Below, piece after piece: positions 48,502-57,906 of a DNA stretch of 64,000 nucleotides. This DNA is from a virus: IMG/VR virus record IMGVR_UViG_3300025102_000018, positions 9,885 to 73,884 of that record. One strand, written 5' to 3'. The stretch's first letter is position 1, and every line of letters starts with the position of its first letter. The notes under the pieces were generated by a model. The model saw only the letters and a list, made by a program, of their open reading frames with translations, did no database searches and was not told the origin of the DNA. Made by a program: the position numbers and the translations under genes.

Positions 48502-48575
48502 GGACCAGTAGCTCAGCTGGATAGAGCATCAGCCTTCTAAGCTGACGGTCGAAGGTTCGAATCCTTCCTGGTTCA
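48502..48575 (+). tRNA. tRNA-Arg(TCT)
   Basis: Acceptor GGACCAG/CTGGTTC, D-arm GCTC/GAGC, anticodon arm TCAGC-CTTCTAA-GCTGA and T-arm GAAGG-TTCGAAT-CCTTC. No encoded CCA. Confidence 0.95.
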
Positions 48576-48591
48576 CTAAAAATAAAAATAT

Positions 48592-48666
48592 GCGGGTGTA
48601 GCTTAATTAGTTAAAGTGACCTACATTCCAGTAGGTAGACGGTGGTTCGTAATCCACCCACCCGCT
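48592..48666 (+). tRNA. Non-canonical tRNA-Gly(TCC)-like RNA
   Basis: Acceptor GCGGGTG/CACCCGC with U73. Anticodon arm ACCTAC-ATTCCA-GTAGGT (6- or 8-nt loop). T-arm GGTGG-TTCGTAAT-CCACC (8-nt loop). The D-loop lacks GG. Confidence 0.7.
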
Positions 48667-48682
48667 CTAATACTTAAAAATT

Positions 48683-48943
48683 ATGGGAAGAGTAAAAACA
48701 CATGGAAAAGTAGAAAGACAAAAATCTGCTACAGAAAGACAAAAACTATATGATTCATTAACAATTCAGGAAAAACTAGACAAGTTACCTCCAGAAGGAG
48801 CAAAAAAGCAAAGAGTAAAGTTAGAGTACCAGTTAAAGTTTGGAAGAAAAACTAATGAAGCATCAACTCCATCGGCCACAAAAAAACGAAAAGACGCAAA
48901 ACCATCGCGAAAAGAAAGATGGGAGACTCGTCAAAAAAATTAG
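48683..48943 (+). CDS. Hypothetical basic protein
   Basis: 86-aa K/R-rich ORF. Confidence 0.6.
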   Translation: MGRVKTHGKVERQKSATERQKLYDSLTIQEKLDKLPPEGAKKQRVKLEYQLKFGRKTNEASTPSATKKRKDAKPSRKERWETRQKN

Positions 48944-49013
48944 GGATAGGGGCTTGACAGGTGTAGTTTTTTATGTACTATTATATATCGTTTAACATTT
49001 AAAAATATTAATC

Positions 49014-50447
49014 ATGAACTTAATTGACGCTTTACAAATAAAAGATGCTGTGACAGAAAACGGAATGTCAACCAATTCGTCCCCACTGAATCAGTGTGTT
49101 AATCTATTCTTCCAAATCGGAGCGATGAGGGGAGTAGATAAAAAAAGGTTATTTACCAAAGTTTCTAAAGCGTTCAATGAAGACCCTCTCACAACAATAA
49201 AAATTATATTTTGGGCACGTGATGTCCGTGGTGGAGCTGGTGAGAGACAAATCTTCAGAGATTGTTTATCATGGTTATGTGACAACCATAAAGAAGTTCT
49301 ACATAATAATATTCACCTAATTAGTGAATATGGTAGATGGGATGATGTGCTTACGTTGGTAGGTACTCAAAATTGTTGGGATTCCGCGTTAGATATAGTT
49401 AAAACTGCTTTAGATAATAAAGATAGTTTATGTGCTAAATGGATGCCAAGAAAAGGACCAAAAGCGAATATTATTCGTAGGTACCTTAAGTTATCCCCAA
49501 AACAATACCGTAAGTTATTAGTGGGACTTACTAATGTGGTTGAAACCAAGATGTGTGCAAAGGACTGGAAAAGTATCGATTATTCGAAACTTCCATCCTT
49601 GGCCTCGTCGAGGTACCAAAAAACTTTCATGAAAAATGATGAAAGTAGATATGAAACGTACAAACAAGCATTAGTTGATGGTGAAACAAAAATTAATGCA
49701 GCAGCGGTATACCCTTACGATATTATAAAATCTATTAGTCATGGTGGTGAAAAAGTTGTTGCACAGGCACAATGGGACTCACTTCCAAATTATATGGAAG
49801 GAATTAGTCAAAGGGTGTTACCTGTAGTTGATGTATCAGGTTCAATGACCACTCCAGCAGGGAATAACGGTAACGTTACCTGTATGGATGTATCAACATC
49901 ATTGGGCATGTATATCTCAGAGAGAAATGAAGGTGTCTTCAAAAACGCATTCATAACATTCTCTTCTAAACCACAACTACAATTACTTGAAGGTTCTTTA
50001 ACCGATAGGTTAATCCAACTGGAGAGAGCAGACTGGGGAATGAATACTGATTTACAAGCAACGTTTAAGTTAATCTTGGACCAAGCAGTAAAACATAATG
50101 TTCCAGTATCCGAGATGCCAACCAAAGTTCTTATCCTTTCGGATATGGAGTTTGATTCAGCAATCAGTGGAAACTGGGATAGTGTAACAGACTGGAACCC
50201 AACTGCACAAGAAATGATTAAAGGGATGTATGAGGAAGCTGGTTACGAAATGCCAGGGATTGTTTATTGGAATATCCAAAGCAGACAAGACAATGTACCA
50301 ACTCGTTTCGATGAGATGGGAACGGCATTAGTATCCGGGTTCTCACCCTCAATCATGAAAAGTATCTTAAGTTGTCAGGATATGACACCTTATAATATGA
50401 TGATGGAGACTATCGGGTCCGCTCGATATGAACCAATTACGGTCTGA
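49014..50447 (+). CDS. DUF2828 family protein (helical domain + vWA/MIDAS; Ro60/TROVE-like architecture)
   Basis: TENG, FWARDVRGGAGER, EYGRWDD, AKWMPR, VVETKMC, vWA MIDAS VVDVSGSM, WGMNTD, LSDMEFD, YWNI and VSGFSP. Confidence 0.85.
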   Translation: MNLIDALQIKDAVTENGMSTNSSPLNQCVNLFFQIGAMRGVDKKRLFTKVSKAFNEDPLTTIKIIFWARDVRGGAGERQIFRDCLSWLCDNHKEVLHNNIHLISEYGRWDDVLTLVGTQNCWDSALDIVKTALDNKDSLCAKWMPRKGPKANIIRRYLKLSPKQYRKLLVGLTNVVETKMCAKDWKSIDYSKLPSLASSRYQKTFMKNDESRYETYKQALVDGETKINAAAVYPYDIIKSISHGGEKVVAQAQWDSLPNYMEGISQRVLPVVDVSGSMTTPAGNNGNVTCMDVSTSLGMYISERNEGVFKNAFITFSSKPQLQLLEGSLTDRLIQLERADWGMNTDLQATFKLILDQAVKHNVPVSEMPTKVLILSDMEFDSAISGNWDSVTDWNPTAQEMIKGMYEEAGYEMPGIVYWNIQSRQDNVPTRFDEMGTALVSGFSPSIMKSILSCQDMTPYNMMMETIGSARYEPITV

Positions 50448-50448
50448 C

Positions 50449-50598
50449 GGGTAGACCAAAGAATCTCTTCGGCAACTTAAAACAAAACCAAGAGAGAGAG
50501 GTGGATATTGTTCCCCACCTTGTTGAATAAATAAATTAGGGACATTTAGTCTCCGAAATCCTAAATAAAAAAGATTTTACAAATGATTCTGACTACCC
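50449..50598 (+). ncRNA. Candidate structured ncRNA, unit 1
   Basis: Closing helices GGGTAG/CTACCC and AGAATC/GATTCT, CGGCAA after the 5' helix, an AAACAAAACC tract, and internal hairpins AGGTGG/CCACCT and TTAGG/CCTAA. Confidence 0.6.
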
Positions 50599-50640
50599 AT
50601 AAGACTAGACTTTACTTCGCCCACCGGCGATTTACATATG

Positions 50641-50699
50641 AAAGGAAGGCTACAGCAATCTTAATTGTAACCAAAATCAAACAAAAACCCCCTTCCTGA
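50641..50699 (+). ncRNA. Candidate structured ncRNA, unit 2
   Basis: AAAG start, helix AGGAAGG/CCTTCCT, CAGCAA after the 5' helix, an AAACAAAAACC tract, and a CTGA end as in unit 1. Confidence 0.6.
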
Positions 50700-50700
50700 G

Positions 50701-50732
50701 ACCCCCTAACTGAGAAGTTTGGGGGTTTTTTA
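50701..50732 (+). terminator. Rho-independent terminator
   Basis: ACCCCC-TAACT-GAGA-AGTTT-GGGGGT hairpin followed by a T-run. Confidence 0.85.
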
Positions 50733-50808
50733 TTGATAATACTGTTTTTTTATAGTATTTTTGTATAGAAATGAAAAGTAGAAGTATATTTATAATAAAA
50801 TAATTTTT

Positions 50809-51063
50809 ATGGCACGATTAACCAACGAACAGATACATAGTGAGATTAAACTAGTAAAAAAAGATGTAGTTTATCTTAAAGAAGGACAAGTTAAGATGCA
50901 AGAAGACCTTACTATGATTAAAAAAGTATTATTAGACCCTGATAAGGGTGCTATCGCGAGAGTTAATCGTAATACAGATTTTAGAAAAAAAGCAAATGCC
51001 GCATTATGGTCCGTTTGGATAGCTTTAATAGGTGTAATTGCTAAATTAATATTTTGGGATTAA
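50809..51063 (+). CDS. Small coiled-coil protein with a C-terminal TM helix (holin/XhlA-like?)
   Basis: Heptads followed by a hydrophobic C-terminus. ATATTTAT at 50786..50793. Confidence 0.5.
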   Translation: MARLTNEQIHSEIKLVKKDVVYLKEGQVKMQEDLTMIKKVLLDPDKGAIARVNRNTDFRKKANAALWSVWIALIGVIAKLIFWD

Positions 51064-51102
51064 AGTTTAATATGTCGAAAGACAATCAAACACCTTTAAA
51101 TT

Positions 51103-51324
51103 ATGACAACGAAACAAGTAGTTTCTAACTTACAAGGCAAGATTCAAAAAATTAAGAAAGAACTCGAGATAATCCAAGATAATTGTAAACACCCTACTAC
51201 TATTGCTAAGTTTGATAAGAAAAATTCTGTACGTTTATTTTGTGTAGAATGTGATAAAGAAGTCGGAATGCCTTCAGAAACACAACTAAAAGAATTTTTA
51301 AATACTGGAAAAGAAAAAAATTAA
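51103..51324 (+). CDS. Hypothetical protein with a possible Zn-binding motif
   Basis: CKH...CVEC. Confidence 0.6.
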   Translation: MTTKQVVSNLQGKIQKIKKELEIIQDNCKHPTTIAKFDKKNSVRLFCVECDKEVGMPSETQLKEFLNTGKEKN

Positions 51325-51389
51325 ATGGAAAAAATTGTTGATAAACTAAATGAATTATGGGATGATTTCATAGATTGGGTAACAGAGTT

Positions 51390-51677
51390 ATGGGATTAAA
51401 ATATAAAAATAAATATTTTCGAGAAGTTTTAGAGAGGGATTTAAAAGAACAAGGCTTGGGTGTTAATATCCATTGTAAAGAAGATGCCATCTATTTCACG
51501 ATACCTCCCTATCCAGACACCGCCAATAAATTTCCCCGTATTTACCACAACTGGAAAACAAAATCTCTAGTCACAAAAATAAAAAAATTAGTAAATAATT
51601 ATAACATCGATGTAACCCCTAATGAAACTATTTATAAGGATAACAGAAAAATAAAATTAAAAATAAATGAAGAATAA
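51390..51677 (+). CDS. Hypothetical protein
   Basis: ORF of about 95 aa. Confidence 0.5.
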   Translation: MGLKYKNKYFREVLERDLKEQGLGVNIHCKEDAIYFTIPPYPDTANKFPRIYHNWKTKSLVTKIKKLVNNYNIDVTPNETIYKDNRKIKLKINEE

Positions 51678-51879
51678 ATATGATTTATGGATTTATCTTA
51701 GTATATTCTCAATATTCTTTTTAATTTTTATGAGTATAGGTTGGGTCGCATCTTCATTAATGTGGTTAATTACTGGGGACATGATTAGTAGAACAGACTT
51801 TTTTCTACTAACTCTATCAATCAACATTTTATTTTTTTTATTTATCATCGTTAACACTCTACTACAAAAAAAATCCTAA
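51667..51879 (+). CDS. Small membrane protein
   Basis: Two hydrophobic helices. Confidence 0.55.
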   Translation: MKNKYDLWIYLSIFSIFFLIFMSIGWVASSLMWLITGDMISRTDFFLLTLSINILFFLFIIVNTLLQKKS

Positions 51880-51884
51880 AAAAG

Positions 51885-51915
51885 TTTGTAATTCCAATTT
51901 ACTTTATTATATTTG
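51885..51915 (+). promoter_or_regulatory. Bacteroidota-type promoter (TTTG-N19-TATATTTG)
   Basis: Matches the -33/-7 consensus upstream of the DUF932 gene. Confidence 0.7.
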
Positions 51916-51949
51916 TACTATAGAAATTTAATAATTAAAAAAGACAAAC

Positions 51950-52729
51950 ATGAGTACATTAGTAAAACCCCTAACACAAGCAGAATTACAAGAAAAAGCC
52001 CCTTCTATTTACACAACACAACCTTCTTATAAAGTATCGGATAAATACAGTTTTATACCTACTACTACAATTCTAGAAGACCTAGATAAACTAGGTTGGC
52101 AACCATATCAAGCAATGCAAAGAAAATCTAGAGCAGAACAAGATATGTTATTCACTAAACATATGATACGATTAAGAAACAATAGTATAGGACAACTAGG
52201 TGACTCTATCCCAGAAATAATTCTTACTAATTCTCATGATGGAAGAAACTCGTTTAACCTTCACGCAGGACTATTCAGACTTGTATGTTCAAATGGACTA
52301 GTAATAGCAGATACTACATTTGACGAGGTAAAAATTAAACACCAATGGTATAGCATGGATGAGATAGAAAAAGTAATCAACACTATGGTGGGTAATATCC
52401 CTTCTATCGTAACTAATGTCAACAGAATGGACCAAACTGAATTAACAGATTCACAACAAATAGAGTTTGGTAAAAAAGCTATGTTAACTAGATGGGCCAA
52501 GGGTAATGAAGCTTTAGATATTGATGATTTAGTACAAGCAAATAGAGTTGCGGATAGAGGGAATTCGGTATGGAAAGTTTATAATGTAGTACAAGAAAAA
52601 CTAGTTAAAGGTGGTCTAGTCTTTAACAACGACAAAGAAAAAATGCAAAAACTAAGACCTATTGTTAACATCGACCAACAAATTAAGATTAATCAAAATC
52701 TTTGGTCTTTAGCCGAGTCTTACATTTAA
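51950..52729 (+). CDS. DUF932/DUF945 family protein
   Basis: APSI, S.KYSFIPT, KHMIRLR, PEIILTNSHDG..SF...AGLFRLVCSNGL and W..YNVVQE. Confidence 0.9.
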   Translation: MSTLVKPLTQAELQEKAPSIYTTQPSYKVSDKYSFIPTTTILEDLDKLGWQPYQAMQRKSRAEQDMLFTKHMIRLRNNSIGQLGDSIPEIILTNSHDGRNSFNLHAGLFRLVCSNGLVIADTTFDEVKIKHQWYSMDEIEKVINTMVGNIPSIVTNVNRMDQTELTDSQQIEFGKKAMLTRWAKGNEALDIDDLVQANRVADRGNSVWKVYNVVQEKLVKGGLVFNNDKEKMQKLRPIVNIDQQIKINQNLWSLAESYI

Positions 52730-52741
52730 TTAATCATTAAT

Positions 52742-52765
52742 AAAGAGGGGTTATCCCCTCTTTTT
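52742..52765 (+). terminator. Rho-independent terminator
   Basis: AAAGAGGGG-TTAT-CCCCTCTTT hairpin followed by T residues. Confidence 0.8.
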
Positions 52766-52771
52766 ATACCT

Positions 52772-54508
52772 ATGGAAAAAATTATAGCAAAATATAAATT
52801 TGAGTTTTTTGCTGTGGACACTTATAAAAATTATAATAGATGGCCAAGGGAAGAACAAAGAACCATACAAGATTTTTTACCCAAAGAAGGTAGAGAAGAA
52901 ACTTCATGGTTTAATATGTCACCTCGTTGGGAAGAACCAGAAGGAAAGCTTTTTACATTAGACAAAAGACAAGGTTATGTTAGTGAAGAATATTGGAAAA
53001 AACAATCTTTTAATTTACTAGTACACGCCTTGGTGAGGAGAGTGACTATAGTGTTAAGTAAGAATGAAAAAAAGAATCAGATTAAACTATCGGTTTTTGG
53101 TTTTATGAAAGGTAAAAAAACTGGTAAAAAATATTATTGGAAAACATCGGATAATATTCACCTTTCATTTAATACAAAAATTAATGATTTTTTTGTTATA
53201 ACACAAACAAAAAGAGGGGTTAGATGGAATAATAGTATTACAAGAAATAATTTTAAGGGAATAACTAAACAACTACTTACCCTTCCAGGGATTATAGAAG
53301 GACTATTACTAGTTGATGATAGGGAAAAGTTTGAAGAATATAGAGAAGATATAGGAAATGCATGGCAAGACATTCTAATTAAATTACAAGAAGAATTATG
53401 CATCCCTAACGAATGGGTAAAAACCAAGTTTCCAACTAATATCACCAGACATATAGTATTTCCCTGGTTTTTATCAAAAAAACAGATAAAGTTACCTAAT
53501 AACTGGAGAGAGTTAATACAAAACCATTATCCAGGTATAAGAAAACTTAGGAAATACAAAATGAATTTAGGGAAAGCAATATTACACCATAGAGAAGTGT
53601 ATTCTAAGTATAGTAATAAACTTTTGAATACTATGAAAGATTTTAATATATGGACCTATAAAATATTTTTTGATACTTTTGGAAGACATGGCATTAAAAA
53701 ACTTTCTGTATCTTTATTTGAAAAAGAAGAAAGTTACATTAACATGTCCGAAGGTATAATCAACAAACTAACACCATTAGAAAAAGATAATCTTATTAGT
53801 TTGTTTAATAAAACATTAACAGAGGACCTTCAGTTTAATGATATCAATGACCATGTAAATCTTAAAGAAAGACTTTCTCACAAGGGAATAAAAGTAAAAT
53901 TAAATTCTACAAACCAAGAAGAATTTGATAGAGAACATTTAGATTGGTCAACTCAACTGGCGGAAGTACAACGCACTAAAGAGATTACCTATACATATAA
54001 TCCTTTGTTTATTGAAGAAGTAGAAAAACCCATAAAATGTAACGGAAGTATCTATAAACCCTATATTCTAAAAACGGATATAGACTATAATGAAGAAGGG
54101 ACTTATCAGAGACACTGTGTTGGTTCCTATATTGATAGGTATACTTCTGACCTTATTTCAGTGAGGAAAAATAATGGAAAAAGAATTACTCTAGAATATA
54201 AAATTAACCCTTTATCTAAAGAAGCTTTTTGTGTACAGTCACGACTTAAATTTAACGGTCGACCTGATAAAGAATGGAAAGAAGTGATGGGTATTTTACA
54301 TATGATAATAACTAAATTAGTTAAAGAAAGATTATATATTAATCCAGAGATAAAAATTAAAAACCTAAGGACACAAAAAATAAAAATAGTTAACAAAGAT
54401 GACACCCAAGTAAATAATGATTATATTGTAAATAATGAATGGGAATTAGAACCTTTAAGAAACGAGGTAATGGAACCAATGGGTGAATTTGATGATTTAC
54501 CCTTTTAA
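52772..54508 (+). CDS. PcfJ-like domain protein
   Basis: C-terminal EEG..QRHCVGSY...RITLEY...Q.R..FN pattern. Confidence 0.7.
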   Translation: MEKIIAKYKFEFFAVDTYKNYNRWPREEQRTIQDFLPKEGREETSWFNMSPRWEEPEGKLFTLDKRQGYVSEEYWKKQSFNLLVHALVRRVTIVLSKNEKKNQIKLSVFGFMKGKKTGKKYYWKTSDNIHLSFNTKINDFFVITQTKRGVRWNNSITRNNFKGITKQLLTLPGIIEGLLLVDDREKFEEYREDIGNAWQDILIKLQEELCIPNEWVKTKFPTNITRHIVFPWFLSKKQIKLPNNWRELIQNHYPGIRKLRKYKMNLGKAILHHREVYSKYSNKLLNTMKDFNIWTYKIFFDTFGRHGIKKLSVSLFEKEESYINMSEGIINKLTPLEKDNLISLFNKTLTEDLQFNDINDHVNLKERLSHKGIKVKLNSTNQEEFDREHLDWSTQLAEVQRTKEITYTYNPLFIEEVEKPIKCNGSIYKPYILKTDIDYNEEGTYQRHCVGSYIDRYTSDLISVRKNNGKRITLEYKINPLSKEAFCVQSRLKFNGRPDKEWKEVMGILHMIITKLVKERLYINPEIKIKNLRTQKIKIVNKDDTQVNNDYIVNNEWELEPLRNEVMEPMGEFDDLPF

Positions 54509-54518
54509 ATAAATAAAA

Positions 54519-55601
54519 ATGAAGAACATACAAATACAATTTTACGAACCTACCTACGCTGGTAATTTTCCCCTAGCTAATTATTATCTACACCTATTTA
54601 ATAAAATCCCCAACGTATTAGATTTTGGAGACTGTTTTAGTAAAGACATAAAAGAAAAATTAATAAATACAAATAATTTGAAAGTTGTTAATACTTCTCA
54701 GGAATTTTTATTCGATAAATCCTCATCTAAACCCCAAAAAGAAACTATGGTGCTGAGACCTAAACAATTTAGTGGAACCAAACAACCAGAATATCTACTA
54801 TTTCTAGATGAGTATCTAGAAAATAACATTTGTAGAATAATTTTATTATATAATGAAAAAGATGAAATTAAGTATATTATAGACCTTTTAAAAGAAAATG
54901 TAGAAAGTAAAAAACTTAATGAGGTTAGTCTTATAATTAAGGATGAATTTGGTCTAACAACCAAACCTTTTGAAATGACAGTAGATAAAGACTTTAAAGT
55001 GGAACATAATTATAATGATGATTTTAAAGAGATTGATATACAAATAAAAAATACCTTAAAAAAAGATAAAAAAGGTTTAATTCTTTTACATGGAAAACCT
55101 GGGACAGGAAAAACCACTTACATTAAACATCTTGCAGAAACAGTTGATAAGGAGATTATATTTGTGCCTCCTATGATGGCTATGGCGATTGCAGACCCTG
55201 GATTTATACCTTTACTAATGAAACACCCTAATAGTGTGTTGGTTATCGAAGACGCTGAAAATGTGGTAAAGGATAGAAATGTTAGTGGAAATGCTGATAT
55301 TATATCTAATATATTAAACTTAACCGATGGTATCCTTGGAGAGTGTCTTAAGATTCAAATAATAGCAACATTTAACACACAACGCACTCAAATAGATAAG
55401 GCTTTACTAAGGAAAGGAAGGTTGAGTAATGAGTATGAATTTCATGAGTTAGAGGTGAAAAAAACAAATAAACTACTAAAAAAATTAAATAAGAAAACTA
55501 AAGTTGACAAAGCAATGGTTTTAGCTGATATTTATAATTATGATAGTAGTTCTATCAATAATAATAATAAATCCCAGATTGGGTTTTTAAGTAAAAATTA
55601 A
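54519..55601 (+). CDS. AAA+ ATPase
   Basis: GLILLHGKPGTGKT, VLVIEDAE, LNLTDG and ALLRKGRL. Confidence 0.9.
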   Translation: MKNIQIQFYEPTYAGNFPLANYYLHLFNKIPNVLDFGDCFSKDIKEKLINTNNLKVVNTSQEFLFDKSSSKPQKETMVLRPKQFSGTKQPEYLLFLDEYLENNICRIILLYNEKDEIKYIIDLLKENVESKKLNEVSLIIKDEFGLTTKPFEMTVDKDFKVEHNYNDDFKEIDIQIKNTLKKDKKGLILLHGKPGTGKTTYIKHLAETVDKEIIFVPPMMAMAIADPGFIPLLMKHPNSVLVIEDAENVVKDRNVSGNADIISNILNLTDGILGECLKIQIIATFNTQRTQIDKALLRKGRLSNEYEFHELEVKKTNKLLKKLNKKTKVDKAMVLADIYNYDSSSINNNNKSQIGFLSKN

Positions 55602-55751
55602 AAAAATGATAAATTGGATTAATGGTTTTAACGCCGGAAACAAAAAAGAAAAATATAGTTTAACTTTTAGATTAGGTACTTTTACGGTATTAGAAATTAA
55701 AATAGAAAAATCTAAATTTAGATTTATGGTTTTAAATTTGGGATTTGAAGT

Positions 55752-56027
55752 ATGAGTGAAGTATTAATATACTCCCAAGATAGCTGTCCTTACTGTACAG
55801 AATTAAAAGGTCTCTTAGATACTAATGGTATACCTTATAGGGTAAAAGATATAGATAAACATGAAAAAGAATGGGACTCTATATCTAAACATAGTGGGGT
55901 AGATTATGTACCCACTGTTCTCTTACTAGATAAAGGAAATGGTGTGGGTAACGTACTTGCACCTGACAGAGATTTTGATGAATTAGAAGAATGTCTACAA
56001 CTAATTCAGACCCACCTCCAAGAATAA
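55752..56027 (+). CDS. Glutaredoxin
   Basis: CPYC active site and YVPT. Confidence 0.88.
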   Translation: MSEVLIYSQDSCPYCTELKGLLDTNGIPYRVKDIDKHEKEWDSISKHSGVDYVPTVLLLDKGNGVGNVLAPDRDFDELEECLQLIQTHLQE

Positions 56028-56052
56028 GATATTTATAGTTATATATTAAACT

Positions 56053-57684
56053 ATGGAATACCTTATAGAACAAATCGAGAAAAAAAACATTTTCCAAAAA
56101 ACATTAAGTGATTTAGGCATACAACTAAAGTTTGTCGGCACTTTTGGATTTGGTATTACCGGTTTATATGAAACCGTACAAGATTTATTACAAGGAAGAT
56201 ACCCTTCTTTAGACGAACAAGAAATTATTTTAATATTTTTAACGGCGTTAACATATTTCTCCATTGATGTGGTTGAAGATGTAAAAAAAATAAGGGAAGA
56301 AATAAAAAAGAAAGGTTTAAGCAAGTACCTTAATCAAACTATTGAAACTTTAAAGGATATAGAAAATATAGCCATTAAAGTAGGTGAAAAAACTGGTTTT
56401 GTTGTAGGTTCTTTAGGAGAACTTTTAGGGTATATATTTTTATTAGTCCCTATTTTGGATGTTGTAAATAGAGTAATTGAACAGGAAGGTTTAGATATAG
56501 TTACTTTAGGTATATACCTTAAAAGTATTATTGCTTCTGTGGGTATTTTCTATATGAAAAATTTATTCAACAGTTTAGTATTGAGATTGAAAGATAAAAA
56601 AAATCGTAAAGAAGAAAAAGAAAATCTTACAGAAGACAAGTTACGAAAAGATGAATTAAGAAGAGTTTTAAACCACTATGAAGAAGACTGGAGAAGAATT
56701 TCACCAGAAACTATTATAGAATTAGCGATGATGGACCCATCACCTGACTATGAATATTTAGATTGGATGGCGTATCAGGTTCATGCAGGATTTTGGATAG
56801 GGGTAGATATGAAGTACATTAGTGAATTAGTTCAAGATTTTCATTACAACAGAGAAAACTTAACCCCAGAAAGACTATTAATGTCCCTTAACAAAATAAA
56901 AGAAAAATTCCCTAGAGGTCCTTATGTCTGGAACAATGAAGAAATAATCAATCAAATTCTAGAAGACCCAACTAATATAAACAACTATCCTGGTTACGCT
57001 CAACTTGAACAAATTTTATTTTTAGCTAAGTTACCTAATCTTAGAACTGGTGGACCAGACTTCCATATTCCAGGTGGTTCACTCCTAGAACAAACGGGTG
57101 ATTATCTACAAAGAAAAGGAGAAATAGCTACGAGAAGAGTAATCCAAGACATTTTAAAGATTTTAAAACAAGATGGTATGGAGGATGATTTCTTTTTATT
57201 ACCAGATTATTTTTCTGGAATAGATGGTGACCAATATAGTTTTGGAGAACTAGAGTTTAATGTATATCTTAACATAGTAATTCTAGAAACCCAAGAAGAA
57301 CCTTATATTATTGATGCTAGTATAGGTGGGGAATATTATGATGAAATCCAAATTACTATATCACTTAATCCCGAATTTAGTGAAAAAGACTATCAAGGTA
57401 TACAGATGTTTTTAAATGATTATGTACGTCATGAAATAGAACATGCTATAGAATACTTAGAGACAGGTGAAGAAGGTGAAACAGGTAAAGGGTTATCTCC
57501 ATATGAATACTACACCCAAGACCATGAGGTAAGAGCACAAAAGGCAGGATTTAAAAGAAGGTCTAAGTTAGAAAAAAGACCTATTAAAGATATTGTAAAT
57601 GATTATTTAGAATATAGACAATCCGTAGATAAATTAACACCTGAACAAAAAAAATCTTTGGTAAAACAATTAAGTGGAGAATAA
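56053..57684 (+). CDS. Multi-module protein: TM region, DPS..Y..W segment and a C-terminal zincin-like HEIEH domain
   Basis: Hydrophobic helices, MDPSPDYEYLDWM and RHEIEH...Y....HEV.A...G. ATATTTAT at 56029..56036. Confidence 0.6.
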   Translation: MEYLIEQIEKKNIFQKTLSDLGIQLKFVGTFGFGITGLYETVQDLLQGRYPSLDEQEIILIFLTALTYFSIDVVEDVKKIREEIKKKGLSKYLNQTIETLKDIENIAIKVGEKTGFVVGSLGELLGYIFLLVPILDVVNRVIEQEGLDIVTLGIYLKSIIASVGIFYMKNLFNSLVLRLKDKKNRKEEKENLTEDKLRKDELRRVLNHYEEDWRRISPETIIELAMMDPSPDYEYLDWMAYQVHAGFWIGVDMKYISELVQDFHYNRENLTPERLLMSLNKIKEKFPRGPYVWNNEEIINQILEDPTNINNYPGYAQLEQILFLAKLPNLRTGGPDFHIPGGSLLEQTGDYLQRKGEIATRRVIQDILKILKQDGMEDDFFLLPDYFSGIDGDQYSFGELEFNVYLNIVILETQEEPYIIDASIGGEYYDEIQITISLNPEFSEKDYQGIQMFLNDYVRHEIEHAIEYLETGEEGETGKGLSPYEYYTQDHEVRAQKAGFKRRSKLEKRPIKDIVNDYLEYRQSVDKLTPEQKKSLVKQLSGE

Positions 57685-57696
57685 AAAAAATGAGGA

Positions 57697-57888
57697 CTAA
57701 TCCTCATTTTCTCTTCTCCATCTTTCTTTATATATAGCGTTGTGTATTTGTTCTCTACGTTTAGTGGATTTCTTTTTAAAAGCTTTTTGTTCTCTTAAGT
57801 TCTTAACTTGTTTAGTTTTAAAAACCTTATACCTCATTGCTTTTATTGCTTTTTCTATATTATTTTTTCCTACTTTTACTATTAACAT
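57697..57888 (-). CDS. rpsU: Phage-encoded ribosomal protein bS21
   Basis: MLIVKV..NNIEKAIK..R.KV.KTKQVK.LRE...F.KKS.KRREQ...A.Y matches the Bacteroidota bS21 pattern. Confidence 0.85.
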   Translation of the reverse strand: MLIVKVGKNNIEKAIKAMRYKVFKTKQVKNLREQKAFKKKSTKRREQIHNAIYKERWRRENED

Positions 57889-57906
57889 TTTTTATTTTAA
57901 CGATGA

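Noticed and set aside
50441-50457. GGTCT/AGACC hairpin spanning the DUF2828 stop as a terminator
   Set aside because: There is no U-tract, and it competes with the longer GGGTAG/CTACCC helix. It is at most an alternative fold.
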